NCBI GenBank assembly: GCA_964187785.1
Contig: OZ076418.1
Coordinates: forward strand, 36,146,001 to 36,210,000
Direction of reading: 5' to 3'
Source of the DNA: Amphiscolops sp. MND2022
Taxonomy: Eukaryota
DNA: 64,000 nt
Both the position numbers and the translations under genes were made by a program. Positions 50,601 through 63,000 of the stretch are shown in pieces; the stretch's first letter is position 1, and each line of letters begins with the position of its first letter. A model generated the notes under the pieces. It saw only the letters and a list, made by a program, of their open reading frames with translations, was not told the origin of the DNA and ran no database searches.

Positions 50601-53600
50601 CAGGGTAAAACCACATTGTCTTCTTCTGGCCCTCCTAGGGCTCCGACACTTCTACCGGAAATGGTTTCCAACCGATAAGTATAAAGAGTTTTTCGAGTTT
50701 CTCCCTTCTGAATTCTCAACCATCTGTCAGTGTTCATCCGAGTGTTAGGACTAGCAAGGTTGCTCAAGCCTGCACAGTGATCAATAACAGTGCAATGCTA
50801 AATCAGCAACCAAACCTTCAAATGCTATTTTAGTCTATTTCTGCTACGCAACCCCCTCTCTATCCTGTAAAAGCGAAGGCAACTATTGATGGGTTAGGTT
50901 ACTTGGGCGTTCACTTTGACCAAGCATTTGCTTCACTTCAGAAAAGGTTTGGAGCTCCACATATCATATTTGGGGCACAAAGCGAAATATTTAGCAAAAA
51001 TCCTCTAGTGAAATTGCACAACTCTCCATCGATAATTAAAATTTCACAGAGCTTTGTTGTGAAGAGCTTTGTTTCGGTCTTGTCAGCTGCAAAATTTTTC
51101 AGTGATTTGCAGTGTTTAAGTAATTTGTCTTTGGTTGTGTTCAAGCTGCCAATTAAACTTCATGAATCTTGGTTTGGCTTTTTTGAGCGTTTTTCGGTTG
51201 TCAACTTGATCACTTTTCGGGATTGGCTGCAGCAGAAAGCCGCAGTGCATGAACGACTTTTGATGTCTAATTGGTCTAGTTTTGCCCAATTGGAGGAAAA
51301 TAACAAACTGTCAAGAAAGTCACAATATCTGGAAATGTTCTTCGTTTTTGTCCAAGTGAAACAGAGGTCCGCCTTTGTTCGCGAAAAATAATTTTGTTTT
51401 ACTTGCCTCCAATCGGTTTACATGGCTCGGGAGTGTTTATCTAAGTTGAAATGTCGCAAATGTGGTTGTGAGAAATCACATAACAGTTTGTTGCAAAATG
51501 ATACCCCTACATCTGTTGTCCTCGGTTCCAAGAATGAGAATGGTGTTACATGTTGCACAGTATCTCGTGCCTGCACATGGGGCTTTGCAGGTTGTTGAGA
51601 TAGGATTGAAGAGTGGCTCTTCGAACACCAGACCTTGAGCTCTTTGCGAAACCGGTAGCGCCCATTTGTGGGTTTCCAAAAATGTAAGATCTTGTTTAGG
51701 TCTCGTTGGATCTAGAAAAACTGTTTGGTTACAGGATTCTTGGAAGGTGACAGATCGTGTGTCAATCTTGAACTTTTCTTTTTGGAAGACGAGTCTTTCA
51801 TCCCTCTGAAATTTTACGCTTTAGTGAGTGCTGATTTGTCACTTGGAAATGAAAACTTGGATTTGAAAAATGTGAAGTCATGTTGTCCACATTTGAAGGT
51901 TATCAAAGCTGATGTCATTGACTATTCAAAAATAGGCGTGATTCTCGGACAAGATGTTTATTTTGCCAATTGCCCGATTGGATATCAAACTTCTGGTAGT
52001 CATTTGCCTCGGGCAGTTAAACTTCTGATCGGTTGGGTCTTGAGTGGACCACGTCCCAATTGCAGGTCTCCGAAAACTATCGTTTGTTTCGCATCTTCGA
52101 GCGCTTCTGTTGACGAGTCTGCTGATCTTGATTTAGCAACACAATTTTCCAAGTGGTGGGCCCTCGAATCATATGCATCATTTGTCAGTGTTGATCCTCG
52201 TTCGAAGAGTGATAAGAAAGCGCTCGAAACTTTAGGAAAAACTTGTGTCTCCACTGGAAAGCGCTATTAGGTTGGCTTATTGTGGAATCTTGATGCAAAA
52301 CCGTTGGCCAACAAGTTTTCCTCGGCAAAAGTCAGCATTTATCGCTTGAACGTCTACTTTGCAAGAACCCTGAGATGCAAGTTGGTTATGTGAAACCTAT
52401 TGAGGATGACAATGCTAATGGCTATGTGCGTAAGGTTCATTTCTCCGAAGTAAAGACCACTCATTGCTTGCTTCAATGGTATTTGCCACACCACTCCGTT
52501 TTGAATCCCAACAAACCTTTTAAAATTCGTCGTGTCTGCAATGCTGCAACACGTTTTGCTGGAAATTCCTTGAATGAAGTCCTTGTTCCTTATCCGGATT
52601 TGCTTTCCGGTTAATAGGAATACTAATTCGCTTTCGTTTGTTCAAAGTTGGTCTCTCTGCTGACCTTGAGGCAATTTTCATGCAAGTTGAGGTCCCAGAG
52701 CATGAACAACGCTTCCAAAGATTTTTGTGGCAGGAGGCTCCGTGGTCCCAAATTGAAATGTTTCAGTACACCGGGCACATTTTCGGAGCAAAGTCATCTC
52801 CAACTTGTGCAAAGTTTATAGTTCAAGAGACAGCTCGTGATTTCCGATTGCTGCGAAAGTTGTTTTTCTACAATCGCTTCCATGTGAAAGTGATGCAGTT
52901 GCACTACCTAGTCAATTGGTGAAAATATTGACTGAGGCTGGCTTTAATTTAACGAAGTTCGTCACAAGTAATTTGGAAGTCAATTTGCCCTGTTGCATAT
53001 TTTCGTTCATTACCCTCTGAAACTGTAGTTGTTTCGTTCCTGGTTGCCAAATGTAGGGTTGCTCCCATTAGCGCAAGTACTATTCCCAAAATTGAACTTC
53101 AAGCCGCTGTGATTGGCTTGCGGTTGTCAATGTCCATTCAGTCCTTTCTTCCTTTCCGTGTCCAAATCCGTTTGTTTTGGAGCGACAGCTCCAGTACTCT
53201 TCAATTGATTTAGTCGTCTGACAAACGTCTTCCTGTTTTCGTTGCTAAAGGTGTGGCAGAAAACATAGATGGTAGTAATGTGAATCAATGGAATTTCGTT
53301 CCTGGTCAGAATATTCAATCCTGCTGATATTGGTACCAGAGGTATCAAAATATCTGAACTTGAAAACACTGACTGGTTACGGGGTCCTTCTTTTCTTACG
53401 CTTGATAAATCAAAGTGGCCTGAAAAGCCTCAGTTTGTTGATAGTGTCTCCAGTGCTACAGTGAATTTGACAGAGCGATCTTGTCAAGACTTTGACGTTT
53501 CAAACGTGTTAGCAACATCTTTCGATCGTTATTTGATGTCAAATTGACAGAGCGATCTTGTAATTGGAAATTCATTCTGCCATCTTCCCCTCCCGTTGGA

Positions 53601-54175
53601 AGTGCATGGGAGCGACTTGTGTGCTCGTGCAAGAAAGCTATGTTTGCCATTCTTTCGTCATGTCGATTGACCGAGGAAATTTTGAGCACAACCGTGTGCC
53701 TTGTTGAGCAAGTATTGAACGCTCGTCCTCTTACTTGTGCTAGCAGTGACCCTGATGATTTTGAGGCTCCAACGCCAAACCACTTCCTGTTAGGTCGTGC
53801 TTCGGTTTCTTTACCAGTAGGTGTAGTCAAACCAGATGATTTCAATCATCGTCGTGTTTTTCGCCAATACGAGTCCCATTTGAGTTGGATTTGGAAACGA
53901 TGGTTGCAGGAATATGTTCGAGATTGTAGCGACGCCTTAAGTGGTTTTCAGACTCCAATTGTAACATTTGTGTTGGATCCCTTGTTTGGATTGTAGATAC
54001 CGTTAGTCCCAAAGATCATTACCCTCTTGCGCGAGCGACTAAACTAAACATCGGTGATGACGGCGTAACTCGATCCGCCCTTGTGAAAACTTCGAAAGGC
54101 TCTTTTGTTCGTCCTTAAGTCAAACTTGTCCGATTGCCATTTTGTAGTTCTTGTGACCAAGAACGGGCCCCGGGA

Positions 54176-54898
54176 TGTTCGGAAAAGTTATCCTAATTTG
54201 AATAACATTGATAATCATAGAATAATTCTGCCGTTGTTGTAAAGTTGATCTGCCATCGTTTTAAAGCTGTTTCGATTACGTAACAACAAATGACAATCGA
54301 AAGATGTTGCAAACGTTCGAAACAACAAAGTCTTGACGAGTGAGCTCAATGCCGACTGCTACGAAAAATGAACTGAAAGCTCGCACTTGTTGTTTCTGCA
54401 AATGTTTTTGACCTTCAAACATTGACAGTTCGGTTCAAACCTTTCTTTCCACCCTCTCAATAGTCTATGTCTTAAAGTTAATGTCACAGAGGATTACAGT
54501 CTCATTACACCAAAAAGAGGGAAAGTTTTCCCTGAAAACCAGAAAGGTTCGAGACAGATTATGTTTGACTGACTGCTACTTTCGAAAACTGCGTAAGACT
54601 TTCTGTCTAGGGCATAAGCGGGAGAAAGATGCTCAAGAATATACGTTCTTTTCATCCCAAAAAGATAGTCATTTTTCCATATTCATAACAGTACAAAATG
54701 CCTCGAAAATCTGTCATTTCACATAATTCATTGTCGATGAAATAACATTGTCAGCGAAACCTTTCATAATTCATTTGTATCACTCTGTAAAGTGATCAAT
54801 ACTGCTGAATAAACGATTTCTTGTACATTCTCTTTCGACCACACTGCTTAGCAGAACTTCGCCTTCAACCAGGGATCCTGGCAGGACACCCAGGAATA
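54176..54898 (+). repeat. BEL 3' LTR (723 bp)
   Basis: Starts TGTTCGGAA after PPT AAGAACGGGCCCCGGGA; colinear with the pieces of the 5' LTR; ends AATA followed by the TSD. Confidence 0.9.
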
Positions 54899-55200
54899 TA
54901 ATTCACTACTTCACCTAAAGCCGTACGTCCAATACCACCGGCTGGAAGATGTATCCGTTGTCAATCAATCCTTGAAACTTCCCGAAATTCCGGTATTCTG
55001 CATCGGTGGCGGTGGTGCCAGGATTACCCAAGGACACTTGATTCAAGCAAATGGGTGCAAGGTGACATCCGTGACAACCCAAATCAACTGTTTACCCATT
55101 TCACAAGGAATCTTGGTAACACAGTCTCGACGTTTGCCGTCTGTTCGGTACAGTCTACAGGGTTTCAGCATTGGAGGCAAGTCGAGCGATCCCAATGTTT
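54899..55200 (-). mobile_element. CRE-like RLE domain fragment (right half)
   Basis: IRQTLGSLDLPPMLKP..LYRTDGKRRD.VT.IP..MGKQLIW.VT ... GNPGTTAT.AE ... LIDNGYIFQPV: PD-(D/E)xK-type endonuclease C-terminus, degenerate. Confidence 0.75.
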
Positions 55201-55793
55201 GCCTTATGAAGAGGTGAAGAAAGAATTTGAATTTACTCTGATGCGTATGGAAATAGCATATTCCCCAGAGACTATTTGCTTTGATATCTACTCATCGCTC
55301 TTCTTCATAATTCTCTTTAGGACAACTTGTCTAAACGTCTAAACTTTCGGCAAATTTGTACATTCTCTTTCTATTTTCCCATTCAGAAATTCTTTTAACA
55401 CGTGTTTATAAAATTTTTCTTTTTTCAAAGTGGACCTTGAAGCTCAAAATCCCCTAAGAACCATAGCAACGTACTTATAAGAGCAATACAGCTTCTTTCA
55501 AACCACCAGAACAAACATCAATGGACAATAAAGTTAGTTTCATCACACCTGTCAAAACATCGATTATTTCCATGCAGAAAAGGACTGTGTTTTCACAGTC
55601 TGTTGATAAACTAATCAATAGAATTTCCTCGTTTTGCTTGGCTTAATTTGAACGCAGTAAAATTACTGTTCGAAAAGAATATTGACATTTCTTTGGTTGA
55701 ATCTCTTTAAAAATTGATGTGCCAACGTTTTTAAAACACTACTTCAATTGAGGCCGAACCTTAGTTTTAAGGCTGATAGTTTCTGTATGTATA

Positions 55794-56941
55794 TTCGTCC
55801 TTAAGTCGAACTTGTCCTATTGCCATTTTGTAGTTCTTGTGACCAAGAACGGGCACCGGGATGTTCGGAAAAGTTATCCTAATTTGAATAACATTGATAA
55901 TCATAGAATAATTCTGCCGTTGTTGTAACGTTGATCTGCCATCGTTTTAAAGCTGTTTCGATTACGTAACAACAAATGACAATCGAAAGATGTTGCAAAC
56001 GTTCGAAACAACAAAGTCTTGACAAGTGAGCGCAATGCCGACTGCTACGAAAAATGAACTGAAAGCTCGCACTTGTTGTTTCTGCAAATGTTTTTGACTT
56101 TCAAACATTGACAGTTCGGCTCAAACCTTTCTTTCCAACCTCTCAATAGTCTATGTCTTAAAGTTAATGTCACAGAGGATTACAGTCTCATTACACCAAA
56201 AAGAGGGAAAGTTTTCCCTGAAAACCAGAAAGGTTCGAGACAGATTATGTTTGACTGACTGCTACTTTCGAAAACTGCGTAAGACTTTCTGTCTAGGGCA
56301 TAAGCGGGAGAAAGATGCTCAAGAATATACGTTCTTTTCATCCCAAAAAGATAGTCATTTTTCCATATTCATAACAGTACAAAATGCCTCGAAAATCTGT
56401 CGTTTCACATAATTCATTGTCGATGATATAACATTGTCAGCGAAACCTTTCATAATTCATTTGTATCACTCTGTAAAGTGATCAATACTGCTGAATAAAC
56501 AATTTCTTGTACATTCTCTTTCGACCACACTGCTTAGCAGAACTTCGCCTTCAACCAGGGATCCTGGCAGGACACCCAGGAATATAATTCACTACTTCAC
56601 CTAAAGCCGTACGTCCAATACCACCGGCTGGAAGATGTATCCGTTGTCAATCAATCCTTGAAACTTCCCGAAATTCCGGTATTCTGCATCGGTGGCGGTG
56701 GTTCCAGGGTTACCCAAGGACACTTGATTCAAGCAACTGGGTGCAAGGTGACATCCGTGACAACCCAAATCAACTGTTTACCCATTTCACAAGGAATCTT
56801 GGTAACACAGTCTCGACGTTTGCCGTCTGTTCGGTACAGTCTACAGGGTTTCAGCATTGGAGGCAAGTCGAGCGATCCCAATGTTTGCCTTATGAAGAGG
56901 TGAAGAAAGAATTTGAATTTACTCTGATGCGTATGGAAATA
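55794..56941 (+). repeat. Direct ~1.15-kb duplication of 54109-55256 (pol end + PPT + 3' LTR + CRE flank)
   Basis: About 15 substitutions by manual comparison; includes the LTR/TSD/flank junction. Confidence 0.92.
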
Positions 56942-57298
56942 GATGGACGTATACAAAAAAACTTTCAAACAACTAAATAAACACACACAGCACCAGAGAG
57001 GACCCTCCGAAGGTATTCCTGAACAAGGGAGGGCCCTCAAAACACAAGCGCATCAGTAAAAGACTACGTCTGTCAGACGTTCACAATACATTTCAATCGC
57101 AATTTTTAAAATTAACTTTTTCGTCTCATTTTTACCGATAGATTCATAATTGCGAGATAAGATCTTCGTTTTTAGTAGATGTGTCAGTACTAGAGTTCCG
57201 CGATATTTAAGTTATTGTCGACTGACTTTTGTTCGTACTTTAGGTGCATGGAATTTATTGGAACAAACACTCCGAGTAAAAGCGGGTGAACTTTTGAG

Positions 57299-58188
57299 CA
57301 GGGCTGCTAAATTGGCTGGATCCAGTAGATGCTTTGTTGTATCCAGCTGCTGGATCCAGCAACAAATAAAACGAGATGTTTTAAAACGTTTAAATATCGT
57401 CATTATTATTGTCTAAATCAATAACAGGTGAATCAGAATCTCCTACTCAATGTTATTCCACGAACTTGAAAAAATTTGGTGCACTCGCTGGCGGATTGTG
57501 CAACTTGTGCAAGGAACTATCCGTTTTCATGAAGATCTTTCAAACATTTGTCAGTTTCGCTGTAAATCACAGCTGCAGGTTTCTCGCGCGCAACAACACT
57601 TGTCCAGTAAAACCGTCATCCCCAGTTTTTAAAATAGAACACAAATGATTATTACCGGTAATTGAGTTGATCCAGCCATCCAATATGATGAAGGTAAACT
57701 TTCCAGAAACAAAATTGACAATTTTTTTGCGTCCAGTCTCTGGCTTATTATGCGGCATGGTTTGGTATCTGCTCTCGACTGAAAATTCCAGCATCAAAAA
57801 CCCAGGGCAAAACATCGTCCTCAACAATGTTGAAAGACAATGCATGCTTGGATGCACGAATTCCAATAGTAACTCTGTCCAGTTTCAGAAGGGCAGGAAT
57901 TTTCTTGCCGCAGTTTTTTGGAGAAAAAAATTCTGATAGTTCTTATACCTTTGCCGGAGTTTCATCTGAGTCAATAAGAAGGTTGGGGTGTTTTTGTTGT
58001 AAGTGCCGCTTCAAGGTTGTTTGATGCCTGTTGGCTTGTTTTGTGTAAATTTAGAGTGGCTTTCATTTCTTAGCTGTATTTATGCTCTCAATTCCAGCAA
58101 ACTGGACTTCCGTGTCATAATTGCTGGACAATATCCAGCAACATGTTTTATCCAGCAGCCGGATCCAGCATTGCTAGACGCAGCCCTG
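57299..58188 (-). mobile_element. hAT-superfamily deletion derivative
   Basis: TIR CAGGGCTGC/GCAGCCCTG; 8-bp TSD-like CTTTTGAG/TTTATGAG (6/8); subterminal (GGA)TCCAGC repeats; minus-strand remnants TLKRHLQQKHP (BED end) and IILDGW. Confidence 0.7.
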
Positions 58189-60061
58189 TTTATGAGTGTT
58201 AAGATTAGCATGACGCGAGAAGCGACTCGCACGTTTGTTGAACAAAAAGAGCCGTGTAAACAGTCGATATTTTTTTACCACATCAGTGTTTGCCCTCAAC
58301 AGATGTTTGCTCCAAGATCTAGACCAAAAGATATCATTAGCTGATGATCATCAAGCTTCACGTCCAAGTGTTTACTGTGAGCGACGTTTACTCACTGCCA
58401 CCCTAATTTACATTGATTAGCGTTGAAAATTATCGATATAGTTATCGATGTCATTCTGAGCAGTACACTTAAACACGGGGGTGGGTCCAGTTTCTCTGGG
58501 GCACAACCGATAAGCCTCTTCTGTTCGTTGGTCAACAGAAAAACCTTCGAAAGTTTCCGAGAAAAAAGTCCTTAGAAAGTCTTTCGCACTAAAGGTTGAA
58601 GCCAAAAAGGCAGGAAACGCTAATAATAATGCGGGTGTTTCCCCTGACAACCCAATTCAGCCGTCAAAGTCAACTGAACACTCAAATTATTGTCAAACTA
58701 AACGTTGCACTTTTCAGAAGTCCTTAAGGGTTTGGTATCATTTCTCCAGAAGCGTAAATTATAGCTTTGTATGCGAAAATTAAGTGTACAAACGTAACAT
58801 TTTTGGCTTTGAGTCAGTTTCGTCTGCTCTGGTAGCTGTCCGAGTCTTCCAACTTTTCGGGCTATTTTTTGTTAGCGGATAGAAGTCTTTAACATCCAAA
58901 GAGGATTTATTCTAGCATATTCCCCAGAGACTATTTGCTTTGATATCTACTCATCGCTGATTCCATAGAAAAGTTTCGCATATTTGTCTGTAGTTTCTAT
59001 GATCTAATTTAATTGTACCCGCTTTCTAGGAAAAAGGGCGTAGGCGTGTTATAGTGAAATCTTGGTAGCATGAGCGTTTAGATGGCATTTTTGCAGAAAA
59101 AGCGCGTCTAGGAATATACGTTAAGAGATGCTTAGGGAAGAACAATTCAAACAATAACGTCAAATAGTGAATGTATTAGGATTCGGAACGAGCATGACTG
59201 AGCATGATTTGGCTTTTGACGTTTTTCCTTTTACTGTTTTCCTGCTCGAAATTTTGGGATCGAAGCCTTATCTAAGAGCAACACCTTCCCTTGACTCAGA
59301 TTTCGTAAGGACAAATTTATGACTTTTCAGTGACAGAGCATTTACCGAATTGGAAGGAGTCTTTTTTGAGACATATTCGACACAATGTAATCCTATAGTT
59401 GACTGTTTTTGTTTGATTTTTATCTGCCGCAGATCTCGTTCGATTTCGATGTTTTGTATTACGTTGTTTTGAGATTACCTCAGAGGTGGATCATATGGAT
59501 CGCATGCATTCTCGACAGCGATCAGAACGTAGTTACCGATTGAGAACCCTGGTCTCACTGTGCGTGAAAAAACTCGCTACATTTTTAGTCCTTGGTTCGT
59601 TGATTTTGTTGCTCAATTTGAGAACAATTTCATCTGCTTTCACAATTTCGGGTTCTTCTAGCAAATTTTCAGTGTTTGGCGATGTGATTTATTTGAGGGC
59701 ATGTTGGACAGCATTCGTGTTAAACTTGTTAGGGCGGAGCATTTGTTAATAAACTTACATGTTCGGTCGCTTCTTCCTCAAGAAACGCGTTCTGTAAATG
59801 CGACGTGTTGACGAAGGATCCTAACACACGATCATGGTCAATGAAGTCTCTTTTATCCTCATTGAAAACGAAGGCTGCTTTCTCTTTCTGCACAGCAGGA
59901 CTAGATGGCACTCGGTCAGTTCATAACTGAAACTAGGGCCGCTGTACTTCACTCCAATCACTTTGTGACACTGGCATCCACATGTGTCAATCCAACAAGT
60001 GTCAATGATAAACCTTGGCGAATGATATGACACAAAACTACCTGCCAATGATCTTATGTTT

Positions 60062-63000
60062 TGAAGTCATGTAGTTACAATAAAAGATACATTCTCAATG
60101 ATAAAGTACAGTCGCTTTAGATAACTTGTATTGCATTGAATCATTCCATTTTAATTTACTCTTTGAACTTTTCCTGGCTTACTTTATGGCGCAGTCAGCA
60201 ATCTGATCAAAACAATGGATAACAACAACACCAATCCGAATCTAAGCGAAGGTGAGCCGAATACATCGGAACGACCATCCAGAACGAACAACAACATCAC
60301 AACATCGTCAGAACGGATGGAGAAAACCAAATATAAAATTCCCATTCTATCAGACAGGGAAACAGACCTCACCAAAATCAACCCTAAAATGTGGTGGGAG
60401 CAGATTTCGGAATATATCCATTTGACATACAACCGAAATTTAGAAGAAATCATCGATGAAGGGACAGAATACATGGACCCCCACACAGTCTACCACATCA
60501 AAGGCGATGTCATCTGGGCACTTGGCCCAAAGGCCAAGCACGAAATCATGAGAGGCCAATGGGGCCGCGAACTAAAAGAAGTGAATCTTCCCGAACTACT
60601 GACCTTATTCAAGAAAACTTTCCTCCCTGCGAGAAATGTATTTCATAGCCGAGCACAATTCTTTAACATGAAGCAGGAAGACAGCGAAACACTCGATGAA
60701 TACTGGAAGAGACTCGTGGATATTGAGAGAAAGTGCGACTTCGGCAACATCACAGCAGAGGAAATTATTGCATACAAATTCGCATCAACAATCAAAGACA
60801 AGAAAGCCCGTGATAAATTCATAAAAGGCCCTTTGAAACTACAACTCGTTCTCGACACGATAGAACTCGATAATTACAACCGAAAGTACGGGGACAAGAG
60901 GCCGAAAAGCAAAAAAGCCCGGAAAGATTCATCAAACAGCTCGACATCCACCGAAGTGATCGGTCATACTAACCAATCACGGAAACGCAAAAAAAATTTT
61001 ACGGAGAAGAAGAAATTTTCAAACCGGGATTGCCGCTTTTGCGGAAAACCAAACTGGTCAATGGAACATATTTGCCGGCACGGAAGGCTCAATGTAACAA
61101 TTGTAAAAAGATGGGACATTTTGCCAAAGTATGTAAATCCAAGACCGTCAGCCGGATAAAAGAAATGGTTTCATCGGACAGCAGTACCGAACCATGGCCG
61201 GAAATTGATCACATTCAGTCCGTCAACGGTGTGAACCGAATTGACTTTTACAAAACAACCCTATTGGTCCATGGCCAACCAATAGAATTCATCATCGATA
61301 CAGGCTCACCCGTGACTATCATACCTCCAATTATCACACCAAAAGACATAAAGAAAACGACAAAAACTTTCGTCGACGTGAACAAAAACCCCATCAAATT
61401 CAAAGGCGAGGCGATGGTCGAAGTGAAAACGGAAAAAAGCAAAGAGACACTACCTATCCTGATCACAGAGAACAAAAACACACAACCACTGTTGGGATTA
61501 GACTGGCTGGATAAAGTGGAAATTGGATTGCAAGGCAGCAAAAAGACAAATGTGATCCGCTATGTGGAAGAAGATGATAGACGAAAGAAAATTATCAGCG
61601 AACACGAAGACTTATTCAAAAACAACCACACCATAAAAGACCTAACGATTGACATCCAGTTGAAGAAAGATGGAAAGCCCATACAACAAAAGGGACGGCC
61701 AGTTCCCATACACTTTCAAAAAAATGTCCGAGATGAACCAGAGAGATCAAATCGGGACATATCGAGAAAGCGGACGAAACCACAGGAAATTGCTTTATTT
61801 AAAAAAAGACAAGTCGGTCAAAATTGCCCTGGATTCAAGAAAACTTAACGAGGCATGCATAAAACGAAAAGCAGCAATGCCAAACATGGAGAAATTAATC
61901 AGCAAAATCTCCGCTAAAATAACTAACGGCGAAGGCGAAATCTGGATGTCTAAGATAGACCTAGATTACGCCCACGGTCAGGCAAAATTAGCAAAAGAAG
62001 CAGCCAAACATTGTGTATTTTCAATCATTGGCGGAGACTTCACTGGTCATTATCGCTTCAAGAAAGGTTTTTATGGATTATCTGACATTCCAACGGTGTT
62101 CCAGGAACACATCGATAATGTGCTAGAATTCAAAACTCCCGTCTGGCTAGATGACATTATTTGCGTGACGAACGGCAGTATTAACGACCATGAAAAAGAA
62201 GTACGAGAAGTCCTGAAGAAATTGCAAAACGCCGGATACCGAGCTAGCGAAAAGAAAACGGAATTGTTCAAGAAAGAATTAACCTGGCTCGGCTACTTTA
62301 TTAATCAGAATGGCGTAAAACCAATCAAGGACAAAACGGAGGTGATTACGAAATTAGCCGCACCGAAAAACGCGAAGGAGTTAAAATCTTTCCTTGGTTC
62401 CATACAACCCTTGTCCAAATTCATCAATAACTTGTCAAAGAAAACCGACCGAATGAGGAGATTACTCAAAAAGGATGTCAAATGGGAGTGGACAGCAGAA
62501 ATAGACGACGATTTTCAAAAGTTGAAGAATGAGACTACGGAAGCCCCGTGTCTGGCCCACGTCGACCCAAAAAGGGATAACTACATCACAACAGACGCTT
62601 GCAACACTGGACTGGGGGCGACCCTGTGGCAAAAGGAAGGTATAGTATTCAGGCCCATAGCTTTTGCCAGCAGATTTTTAACCGATTGCGAAAGAAAATA
62701 CGCAATAAATGAACTAGAGTTATTGGGAGCTTTATGGGGTTTAGAGCACTTCCGATTTTACGTTTACGGTAAGAGAGTTAATTTGCTAACAGACCACCAG
62801 GCACTGCAACCGTTACTGAAAAAGAATCGGGCACATAAACAATACAGCGCACGGTTGACTCGCTGGTTGGATAGATTGAGCCACCTCGATGTCAATATTC
62901 AATACACGGCCGGCAAAAACATTCCACTTACGGATTACTTAAGCCGTCATCCGATCGTACCGACCAAAATTGCCGATTAAGAAAACAAAGCGGACGGACA

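Larger units (their letters stand above)
45086..54898 (+). mobile_element. Decayed BEL/Pao LTR retrotransposon
   Basis: 5-bp TSD TAATT (45081-45085, 54899-54903); LTRs 45086-48068 (with nested inserts) and 54176-54898; pol remnants YLPHHSV..PNKP.KIRRVCNAA, SADLEAIFMQV, FGAKSSP, SKCRVAPI..TIPKIEL, WKFILPSSP..GSAWERLV, PTPNHFLLGR; PPT before the 3' LTR. Confidence 0.93.

Noticed and set aside
56008-56730. Third LTR copy as a solo LTR or tandem element
   Set aside because: It carries the upstream pol end/PPT and the downstream TSD plus flank, so it arose by segmental duplication.
54481-56980. Duplicated 79-95-aa ORFs (MSQRITV..., MKLPEIP..., MQGDIRD...)
   Set aside because: Chance frames within the LTR and antisense to the CRE fragment, repeated only because the DNA is duplicated.
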